Positions 1-11,400 of a stretch of 64,000 bases of DNA are shown piece after piece. The notes under the pieces are model-generated. The model made no database searches and was not told where the DNA came from. It saw only the letters and a program-made list of their open reading frames with translations. The number at the start of each line of letters is the position of its first letter. Within the stretch, counting starts at the first letter, position 1. The position numbers and the translations under genes are program-made. This stretch comes from Octopus sinensis (Eukaryota), in assembly GCF_006345805.1 (NCBI RefSeq), contig NC_042997.1, forward strand, positions 146,940,001 through 147,004,000. The letters run 5' to 3'.

Positions 1-499
1 CCCTTTCCTGCTCCAGGAAATGTATCTACATTGGATACTGTATGTAGTACCTTGATATACTACAACTAAACATTTTTTTAATCAGTTGTTTCATAAAGAT
101 CTGGAATTAAAAATGTTTTCTATTTTTCATGTTAATAACAGAACTTAATATTTCAAGAATGTGCCCAATAAGTCTTCTCTACTCCATGCCAGAATGAAAT
201 AAAAAGACATGAAGAGTGTTGTACTCATACTCAGCTGTAAACCTGTCCTATTAGGGATTACGTCTAGAACTACATTAACATGTTCTTTCCATAGTTAAAG
301 TGGACAGGGTGTGATAGGGAACTTTTGGGTGGAAATTTCTACATTTCTAGCAAGTCATGTAATAATGTGAAGGGCCCTCTCTCCTTGTGATATAAGTGTA
401 AATCTTAAATTATACAGCTTTTCTTTTTCTACAATATGAGTGAAAAAAGTTTTTTAAAAAATGTAGCAGATAATTGTAAAATTTTGAGCAAACAAGGTA

Positions 500-870
500 A
501 CTTTTAACATGGTTGCTAAACTTTTGAGGCTGGAACATCTTTGATAAAGCTATTCAATCAGGACTTAGGCATTCCATACTGATGAAACAATCCCCTTGTT
601 ATCTTCAGCTAACTTTCTATCTTAACTTGTTTTATTCGTTACATAATGGAAATACTGCACCAAATTCTCTACAAGAACACACCAGTAGAGTTTCCCTCAT
701 TTGCTTTCCTGCTCTGCATTGAAATTGCTCACTCTAAACTTGATTAGTTGCTAACTCTTTCCATTTTGTCAGGCTTATCACTGTGCACACATACCAGGTT
801 GAGAGAATCCTTGTCTCTTCAAATCAACAATGTCTTGACAGTGTCTCTTCCATCACACTCAATGTATGTC
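500..870 (+). mobile_element. Highly decayed CR1-like LINE 3' fragment
   Basis: Broken translation resembles the CR1 ORF2 C-terminus (LF..Y.NG.C...HP.....NSF); similar to the relic at 49200-49700. Confidence 0.35.
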
Positions 871-1679
871 TGGAGCTAGTCGCTGTCTTCATTAACCCTT
901 TAGCATTCAAATTGGCCCATATCCAACCAAATTATTTAACCAGTTTTATACTGAAACTGACCAGATCTGGCCTCTCACCTCAACTAAACAATCACATCAC
1001 TGAAATCTCTAAACTACAAGATAACGCACAGTTAACCCAAAACAATATAAATAAACATCACATTTGACAGAATCTGAACACTTCAAATCTTCTGACCATA
1101 TCTGGCAAAACTGCCCATATATAGGTCCTGTCTATCTTTTATCTCTTGGATCAGTGGCTTCTGTTAAGTTGCCTCCCTCAATATTACATTCCAGCTCAGT
1201 TGAGGGGGTCTTGCCTTGCAAGTTATTTGTTGATCTTACTAGTACTGATGTCATGAGAAAAGTGCACAATGTACTGTGAAGTGGTTGGCATTAACAAGGG
1301 AACCAAACTGAAGAGACTATATCAAAGCAGACATTGGAACACAGAATGGTAAGCAATAGCATGCAAAAAGTCCTGGGGTCCCTTTATCCAATCTCCCAAG
1401 TGTTGGTGCCATGAAAATCACATCAAGTACACTGTAAAATGGTTGGCAAGAGGAAGGGCCACAAGCCATAAAAACTATGACACATGCAAGCTTCAGTCTA
1501 TAGAAGCAATAGCTTCCAATAGGAGGCAACTTGGATTCAAACAACCTGTACCACCCATGCTAGCATGGAAAGCAAACAAAAATATTATGAACTCTTGTAA
1601 CAAAATGAAGTACCATTTTATAATCGAAATATTAATATTTCTAAATCTCTCTAAAGGAGACTACAGTAGCGGTACTGGA

Positions 1680-2210
1680 TATTAATAGTTATCACCAAGC
1701 TAACATGGTAGTCCAGAAAAATAAGACGAATGCTGCCGTTGATTAGCTCCAAGAGGCCATCGCCTCTAGCTAGCTATGTGACACATGAACCTGTGTCCAT
1801 TATAACCTTTGAACAGGGGAGGTCAGCAGCTTCCACTTGCTGATTTGGCATCTACAGACTAGTTTCGGGGTAGTTGCCCCTTATCAGTGTAGAGTAGCTG
1901 AAGCCAGCAGGTGTCGCTACTGACCGTCTGTTCGACGGATTATTCACCTAAATTAAGAAGAATATATCCACTGAATTTAGGTAAATAATTCTTCAAACAG
2001 ACGGTCAGTAGCGACGCCTGCTGGGTTCGGCTACTCTTCACTGATAAGGGGCAACTACCCCGAAACTAGTCTAGATGCCAAACCAGCAAGGGGAAGCTGC
2101 TGACCTCCCCTGTTTGAAGGTTATAATAGACACAGGTTTGGAGCTAATCAATGGCAGCATTCGTCCTATTTTCCTGGACTGTCATGTTAGCTTGGTGATA
2201 ACTATTAATA
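1680..2210. repeat. 530-bp foldback (near-perfect palindrome, about 20-nt loop), TA at both ends
   Basis: Left arm 1680-1953 is the reverse complement of right arm about 1972-2210 (tattaatagttatcaccaagctaac... / ...gttagcttggtgataactattaata); the right arm lacks about 35 nt. Confidence 0.93.
1851..1893 (-). ncRNA. Minimal type I hammerhead-ribozyme-like motif (variant core CUGAUAA)
   Basis: Minus strand reads UCUACA CUGAUAA GGGG-CAACUA-CCCC GAAAC-UA-GUC UGUAGA: 6-bp stem I, 4-bp stem II, palindromic mini stem III and a GUC triplet. G8 is replaced by A. Confidence 0.55.
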
Positions 2211-2386
2211 CTGCTTTATAATTTTTTATCAATACAATTTGGAATGACTCGATCAGCTTTCTCCATACTGGTTGATTTTTCACTTGTGTATGTTATTTAT
2301 CATGATCAATCAGGGTTAGATTATAGTAAAATATGCTGAGAAGAACCAATCTGAAACATTCACAAGTAAATCAAATGACTCCTTAC

Positions 2387-2489
2387 CCTCGGCACTCTGG
2401 CGAATGTCCCAAACTTTCATATTTCCTTGCCCACCAAAAGCAAAGACAAAAGGTGAATCTGGACATGGCAGTGCACACATAATTTCTCC
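2387..2489 (-). CDS. PWP1: PWP1 exon 14 ([34 protein letters not shown])
   Basis: cgtcttttacag| acceptor and |gtaagg donor; 103 nt. It ends in phase 1, so at least one more exon is required. Confidence 0.94.
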
Positions 2490-5400
2490 CTGTAAAAGAC
2501 GAAATTTAACAAACTGTTACTGTGAAAGCCTTTAAATCATTTTGCAATTAATTGAAAGTTGATAAAATACTGTAATTTAACATTATAAAACTGAAAAAAT
2601 AACAATAATTTCATGAAATAAAAACTGTGCATGAAATCCTTGCAAAGGAGTAGCAAGCTGGTTCTCTGTACCAGTTTTAATAGGGGCAAACATGGGCATG
2701 TGGTCAAGAACTTTGTTTCTTAACCTCATGGTTTTAGATTCAGCCCCACTGCATGGCAGAGCAGCCTGTCTAGTGCATGCACACTCACATATCTCTATAT
2801 ATAAAGCTGAAGTTGTCTGTGTATGGTAGGTTTGGTAGCCTTCAACTGACGCTATCTCCTCTGAGACCCTGCAGCACAAGTTGACCAAAATTGAGAGTAT
2901 GATTGAAGAAGGCTTGCTCTTCCTTCCGTATAAGAAAAAATTCAAATCAGACCATGTTAACACCAAAAATTATTTACATCAAAAAGGTGCTTTCTTTCTA
3001 TGAAAATCCCTATTTTTTAACGATTTTTTTGACTGCTGTGTCGCCATTTTTCGGTGTATTTCAACCAGAAAAACGTTCACTTAAAGAGAATAACAAGCTA
3101 CATAATGCAAGATTTTTACTTTTCAAAAATTCCAATTCTAAAGAGTTGAAACAAACCCGAGCAACGCCAGACGATACTGCTAGTATATATATATATAAGA
3201 CAAATTCAAACAAAATTGATGACAGTCAAAGAGGCATTCACTGAATTATATTTATATCCCTATATTCATTTTGAATGTCCTTTTGACTTGCATTGTTTTT
3301 GTTTGAATTTGGCAGTCATTATCAATTTGCCTAAGTCACTTTCTTCTTCCACACACCAATCCAATTTAGTATATTACATGCAATTAAAATATAAATAACA
3401 AACCAACCCCACTGACTTTGAGAAGTTGTTGAATTTACACACATACACAAAAGGAAAAAGTCTTTTTACTTTACTCCCATCCACCACATACAATACAGGG
3501 CGTTTTTGTCTTGCAAAGTGTACTTGGTGATGTCATTAATGCTGGGGCTCTGAAAAAAGGCACCCACTGCATTTTTTAAAAGGGGTAGTGTTAGGAAGGG
3601 CATTCAGTTGCAGAAACTAAGTTGTCAAAACAGGCACCAGTTCTCTTGCTCACTGGATCCTGCCTAAACCATCCAACCAGCATAGAAGACCCATGTAAGA
3701 CAATGGTGAGGATGAAGGTAAAGTATTCCAACAAGATTTGTTAAGTCAGAAACAAAAAAACTTACCAATTTCAAGTCTTTGGTGACAATATGTTTTGGCT
3801 CATTGTCTTTAACATCCCATACTTTGACTGTCTGGTCAGATGAAGAAGTAACAAGCATGTGCTCTATACTTGAACTCAGGACAAGCCCTGGATATAACAG
3901 AAAAAAAAAAAAAAAGCAAGTTTAGAAATCATAATAAAATATTGGAAGATGGATTTGGCATGAGTCTTTATTCAGTATGATGATCATTTCAATGGTGTGA
4001 TTGTTTGTTTTTAGAATGATGTTGTAGGGTAGGTTTGAGAAACCAGTCCTGGTAGGTTTGAATGTAAAACAAAAATATTTGGGCCAGATATGGCTGATTT
4101 AAATACTAAAAGATTAAACTACAGACCCGTTGCTTTAATATATGCCTTGAACTTTGTAATTATCAAAATAAGCAATGATTTATGGTTTTCTGTATAAATG
4201 GTGACCGGAGACCTATTGAGTCAAGTACATCAACATCAAATGGAAATTGTAGTTGTGATACCTGTACTAGTGGCACGTAAAAAGCACCATCCAAATGTGG
4301 CTGATGTCAGCGCCGCCTTGACTGGCTTCTGTGCCGGTGGCACTTAAAAAGCACCAACCAATCATGGCCGTTGGCAGCCTCGCCTGGCACGTAAAAAGCA
4401 ACCACTACACTCATGGAGTGGTTGGTGTTAGGAAGGGCATCAAGCTGTAGAAACACTGCCAGATCAGACTGGAGCCTGGTGCAGCCTCCTGGCTTCCCAG
4501 ACCCCGGTTGAACCATCCAACCCATGCTAGCATGGAAAACGGATGTTAAACGATGATGATGATACACATGCGTTAGGAAAGATATCCTGCTATAGAAACC
4601 ATGCCAAAATAGACAATTGGATCCTGGACAGCTCTCCAACTGGCCAACCCATGCCAGCATGGAAAACGGATGTTAAATGATGATTATGATGACGAAACAC
4701 CAAAGTTGGTCATTTACTGCCATGAACCACAATGTAAGAATGTCATGTGTTTGGTGATAACAATGATCAACTCCTTTGTACTATATTTCAGTTGAAATAT
4801 TATGCTAGTGTTTGGAACATAAATTAATACCAATTTTTGATCATCATAATTGTTTTGTTGACTATTTGCATGGGCTGAATGGAATTTGTTGAGGAATTTC
4901 CATTGCCAGATGCCCTTCCTGTCACTAACTCTCAAACATTTCCAAGTCAGGCAACATTATCCCATGACCCATAATTTCATCATGGAAAATTGAAAATAAA
5001 GGACATCGCTTACAGCTATTACATGTGAAAGCAAGGAAACAGTAACACATATACAATATATGGTGAGCTTCTTTCAGTTTCCATCCACCAAGTGCACTTC
5101 AAAGGCTTTAATCAGTGTAAAGTCACTTGCCCAAAGTGCTACACATGGGACTGAACCTAAAATTCATGTAGTTGGAAAGTAAACTTCTTACCACTTAGCT
5201 ATGAATACTTGTTAACTTGCATCATTTTGAAAAAAACACATCAAGTTTGTATCATAGAACTATATGCAATCTCAGGTAGGTTGGTATTAGAAGGGTTACA
5301 ACACAAATCCTTGGGGCATTGCAGTTCTTTCTTTATCAAAATTCTAGAGAAGTTCAAGGCATATATTAAAGCAATGGGTCTGTAGTTTAATCTGCTAGTA

Positions 5401-8400
5401 TTCAAATCAGCTATAACTGGACCAAATATTCTTCTTGTTTTACATTCAAACTTACCAGGACTGGTTTCTCAAACCTACCCTATAACGTCATTCTAAAAAC
5501 AAACAATCACACCATTGAAATGATCATCATACTGAATAAAGACTCATGCCAAATCCATCTTCTGTTTCATTCATTGATTATTATTATTATAATATATATA
5601 TATATATATATATATTTGTAGTATAGGTGTAGGAGTGGCTGTGTACTAAGTAGCTTGCTTACCAACCACATGGTTCCGGGTTCAGTCCCACTGCGTGGCA
5701 CCTTGGGCAAGTGTCTTCTACTATAACCTTAGGCCGACCAAAGCTTTGTGAGTGGATTTGGTAGACGGAAACTGAAAGAAGCCCGTCATATATATATATA
5801 TATATGTGTGTGTATATGTTTGTGTGTGTGTGTTTGTCCCCCCAACATCGCTTGACAACCAATGCTGGTGTGTTTACGTCTCCGTAACTTAGCGCTTCAG
5901 CAAAAGGGACCGATAGAATAAGCACTAGGCTTACAAAGAATAAGTCCCGGGGTTGATTTGCTTGGCTAAAGGCGGTGCTCCAACATGGCCACAGTCACAT
6001 GACTGAAACAAGTAAAAAAGTATATGTAGATATGCACATACATATACAAAGGTGTCAAACTTAAAAAAAAAAAAAAAATCCAATACTGACAAATACATAC
6101 TGATAATTGTACAATCATTTTGTCAAGTGGTTTGTAACATGGGGTAAAACACTGAGCTGAAACAGACCTATTTAACTCATACAAACATAGGAAAATTAAA
6201 TGATACTATTCTTAATCATGAAATTTCAAGGAGTGCGTGTGTATATATGTGTGTGTGTGTGTGTATGAGAGGTATTAACAGATATTTTGCAATAGGATGA
6301 ACAGTATGCAACTTACCAGAAACTGCAGCAGTGTGTGCTGATATTGTATAGATAGGTTTATCATAACGGACATCAACGTAGTAGACATTCCCTTTATCAG
6401 TGCTGGCCTATAGAACAGCAACAAAAAAATGTACAACTAACATATTTACACACTGACACAAACCAAAATACATTTATGCTATAAAAAATATTTTGTAAAG
6501 CTGAGAGGCTAATATCAGTGACAGATATAGCTGAGAATTTCATGTGAATACACTAAACAAATTGTAGACTGATAAAAGCATTTGTATTTAACCCTTGGTC
6601 CTTGAGTCTCTGCTATTATAAGATAAAATAAGTGTCCTATATATTGAGTTCTATTAGAAGTCAAAAATTATCTGCACTTTTGCCACTCCTTCTTAAGATA
6701 GGCTGCACTGCTTCCAGTGCTTGCATGCTAAAAGTGGTACTTTTGTAGTTATGTAACCAATGAGGAAAATGTTGATAAAGATCACTGATCCTATGAGAGA
6801 AACTTAAAAGTTTGATGAGCTAATAGAAATCATCATCATCGTTCTTTAATGCCTATTTTCCATGCTGGCATGGGTTGGATGGTTTGACCAGAGTTGCACC
6901 AGGCCCCAACCTGATATGGCTTGGTTTCTACAGCTGGAGGTCCATCCTAATGCTAACCACTTTACAGATTGTGCTGGGTACTTTTTAAGTGGCACTGGCA
7001 AGAAAGCCACTTATGTAGCACCAGCACAGGTGCTATTATGTGGCGCCAGCACAGGTGCTTTTGTGTGGCACCAGCACAGGGATTTTGCAGGCCAATCCTC
7101 TTGAGCAAAAGCAGCAGCATGGGCAATTCTGCTGTGGAAGACAGGTCTAGTACTGTTTTACAAAGTTGAAGGTCAAATTCGATAATGTAGGGATATTGAG
7201 ATGATCATGACTAGAACCCCTTTGATCATAGGCCAGCTGGACTTAGGCTTACCTGGTGATAAACAGCACCACAGAACAATAACAACTATAACAGTTTCTA
7301 ATTCAAGGACAAGTCGAGCAATTATTGAGAGGAAGAGGTTAGTCAATTATATCAATCCCGAGGTCTTCAAAGTTACCTTATTTTATCAACCCTGGATGAG
7401 TAAAAAGTAAAGTTGACTTCAACTGGATTTGAACTCAGAACACAAAGAGCTGGAAGAAATAGCAAGGTATTTCTTCCAATGCTCTAATGATTCTGTCAGC
7501 TCATTGTCAGCAATAGTTTTAATGAACTAACGATAACACTATTGCTTAATTTGCTAATTATAGCAACCAACTTAACGAAAGCTGAAGCAGGACCAAACAA
7601 TAACAATGAGCTAATCAGGTTTAGAATCCCCATATTGTTTTGTAATTAATTAAAACATCATTTTAGTAAATTATTGAGAGGACCTCATGGTGGCTGAGTT
7701 TTTTTTTGAGCATTGGGTCCCATGGAGCAAAGTGGCTAAGTTCCTTTCAAGTGTTGGGCCTCATAGAGGCAAAGTGGCTGATTACCTTTCGAGTGTTGGG
7801 CTTCACAGAGGCAATGACTAAGACCTTTGACATTATGTCGCGTGTGAGAAAAAAGACTCCTCAAGCTAAGCAAAATCACAGTCGTGGAAGATGCTGGTGT
7901 CACACAAATGGCACTAGTGCTGGTGACATGTAAAAGCACCCATTACACTCTTGGAGTGGTTGGCGTTAGGAAGGGCATCCAGTTGTAGAAACCATGCCAA
8001 ATCAGACTGGAGTCTGGTGCAGCCTTCCAGTTTGCTAGCCCAGTCAAACTGTTCAACCCATGCCAGCATGGACAACGGATGTTAAATGAGGATGATGATG
8101 ATAAATTGAAGTCAAAAGACATACCTCATTATGAGCCCTTCATTTCAAAGATGTTAAAAAAAGAAAAAAACCCAAAACACTTACATAAAAGAAATAAGGA
8201 TTGTAATGGTTCCAAACAACGCGTTCTATTTCTGATCCAGCAAATGACCAAGTCTTGTGGTTGTAACCAGCATCTCGGCAGTCAAATAATCGTACAGTAC
8301 TGTTGAAGATAAAAAATGTAAGATATTCAATATATATATGTATGTAGAATCAACAAATGAGACTGAGAATCTCTCTCTCTCCCTTTCTCATATATATATA

Positions 8401-11400
8401 CATACATACGAATGTATACATGTAAAAAGAGAAGGCAGACAAATCATCCAACCCATGCTAGCATGGAAAAACGGACATTAAATGATGATGATGATTATCT
8501 ACAGAGAGGAATTCTCTCCATGACAAAAATACTGTGAATGGCTTTCTTATAGATTCGAATATGGCCCAAGCATATTTGAATTGGTAACATGTTCACACAT
8601 ACATACATGTAATATTTCCCCATAGCCAGTTAAGTTCTCACAGAATACTGGAAATGAATGACACTGAAATTCATTTACAACTATCACATGATGCCAAAAC
8701 AAGTAGACACAATCACACACACACATACATATCATCAATTAACATCTGTTTTCCATGCTGGCATAGATTGGATAGTTTGACTGAAAACTAGTAAGCTGGA
8801 GAGCTGCACCAGGTTCCAATCTGATTTGGCATGGTTTCAACAGCTAGATACTCTTCCTAACACCACCCACTCCAAGAATGTAGTGGGTGCTTTTTACATG
8901 CCACCGGCATAGGTGCTAGTTACGTAACACTAGCATCGGCCATGACCATGGTCTCATATATATATATATATCTGAGACCCCCTTCAGTCATGACACAGAC
9001 TATGGGATTGCACCTAGAAAGTAACTCTCCCAGGCACATGTCCGGGCAAGGTTGTTTATGGAAGACAGCAGTCGCCCATGCATACCGGCCTCCCCTCTCC
9101 ACGCCACCAAGGGAAAGGCAAAGGCCGATACAGCTTGGCACTCGTGACGTCACAACTCATTTCTACAGCTGACTGAACTGGAGCAATGTGAAAAAAGTGT
9201 CTTGCTCAAGAACACAACACGCAGCCCGGTCCGGGATTCAAGCTCACAACGTCATGATCGTAAGCTCGACGCTCTAACCACTGAGCCATGCGCCTTCACT
9301 TATATATATGTATGTATATATACGATCATCATTTATTGTCAAAGTTCTATGCTGGCATAGGTTGAATGGTTTGACACTCATTGCAAATAAAAGGCCAAAT
9401 ATACAAATGAAGACCCTGCTACCAACAGGGCAAAAATATAATTCTGTATAACTGTGGAAGGAAATGTTGAATCACATGGAGGTGACTGAGACCTTTGGTG
9501 ATTTGATGTGCTTGAGAAAGCATGTTAAACTAAGTGAAATCTTAGTTGTGGCCAGCACCGGTGACATACAAAACGCACCCAGTACATTCTGTGGTGTGGT
9601 TGGCTTTAGGAAGGGTATCCAGCTGTAGAAACCAAAGGTAAATCAAACTGGAGCTCATTGCAGTTATTTGTCTTACCAGCCCCAGTCAAACTGTCTTACC
9701 CATGGAAAACAGATGCTGACTGATGATGATAATGATGGGTGGAAAGAAAAAGAGGGGAAAGCTTACCTATCAAAAGAACCAGTTAATAAGGTCTGTTGTT
9801 CAGCAGGATGCCACTTCACACACTGCACCTATAATAAAGAAAACAGGGAATATTTATCAAAGTGAAGATTACATTTATATAAAGCAAATATAAGCAGAAA
9901 AAAGAAGCTTTCTCTAAAGCTTCTTTACTAGAGCGACAATTTAAAAAAAAAATGTATACTATTAAAGCTTGTGTTTTTATATATGAATTCTCTTCCAGCT
10001 ATTACATGCCATCAGCTAAAGGAAAAGCCTTTGTTAAAAGCAGCAGCTAAATACTGCATTAAAAAAAAAAATCACATTACATAATTTAGTCCAAGACACA
10101 TCATCATCATTATGCTTGGTCAGAACTAACTGGGGTCTAAATAACAATGGAGCTTCTTGACCAATCAGAATGTTATGAACTAATTAATGTGCTTTATTGA
10201 GGAGCACAATACTGTGTAGTAAGATGTCAAAGACACCCACCAATAAACTACAACCCCTGGCCCAGACACACTGTGCACTCATCACTGCAGTTCCCCTGAA
10301 CTAGTTTGTTGTATACACCAACACCTGGGTCCACTCCTACTCTTGTCATCAATATTGTACCTTGTCACAAACAAATTGCTATGCTCTACTCATCCTCCAC
10401 ATAACATCAACTATTTAACATCTCCTTACTACACGTGTTGGCTTACAGATACTCAGCCCTCACATATGCACAGGTAACCTACGACCTCACTTACCCTACA
10501 ACTATGAACAGAGGCCATCAATATACTAAATTAAAGAATAGTAAGAAAAAATTTAGCACAACAACGATTTTTCTATAACTGTCACCTGTGAGGGTCATAG
10601 ACACTACTACTCCTTGGCTATCATCATTGTTTTAATATCCTCTTTTCCTTGCTTGCATGGGTTGGATGAAATTTGTCGAGGTAGATCTATGGTTGAATAT
10701 AATTCCTATCACCATGACAGGGACACCTAACCACACACAGGTGTGTATGTATATATATATGTGTGTACATGAATAAGTACATAAATGCAAAACAAGGTGC
10801 TACAAATGGCACCTGAATACCAAAGGTAGAGTAAAAGGTTTTTTTATTAAAGCTGCGAAAATATTGCAAAAACTGTTACTCAGTTTCACGTTCCTGTTTG
10901 TTGGACAGTTGTGATTCTTGATCACAACTGTCTAACAGCTTTTGTGATGTTTTTGCAGCTTAATAAAAAACTATATATATATATATAGCTCCATCCAAGT
11001 GGGATCACTGTCAGAGCAGCTGTCTGGCTTCAGTGCCGGTGGCAAGTAAAAAGCACCATTTGAGCGCGATCGTTCCCAGTGCCGCTGGACTGACTCCTGT
11101 GCAGGTGGCATGTAAAAAACACCATTTGAGCGTGGTCATCAGGAAGGGCATCCAGCTGTAGAAACACTGCCAGATCAGATTGGAGCCACCTGGTTCGCCA
11201 GTCCTCAGTCAAATCGTCCAACCCATGCTAGCATGGAAAGTGGACATTAAATGATGATGCTGATGATGATGATATATATATATATATGATGTGCATCTCT
11301 CATTTTCTGTCAACCAGATCCTCTTACAAAGCTCTGGTTGGCTCATTTGTTCAATGTGTCATGCAGTGGGGCAGAAGTGAGGGGAAAAAAACTGCACCTG

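Noticed and set aside
1090-1273. Possible PWP1 last exon after the AG at 1274-1275
   Set aside because: The acceptor is repeat-derived and the required phase gives a stop after 7 codons; the longer open frame is out of phase and not PWP1-like.
2903-3244. 113-aa ORF and its 123-aa homolog at 39573-39944
   Set aside because: Both lie in copies of one non-autonomous Helitron; no protein family is recognised.
5626-5700. tRNA-like sequences at SINE heads (also about 9230-9299, 31110-31180 and 46395-46460)
   Set aside because: They do not close a full cloverleaf and run directly into repeat bodies present in many copies; these are SINE heads, not tRNA genes.
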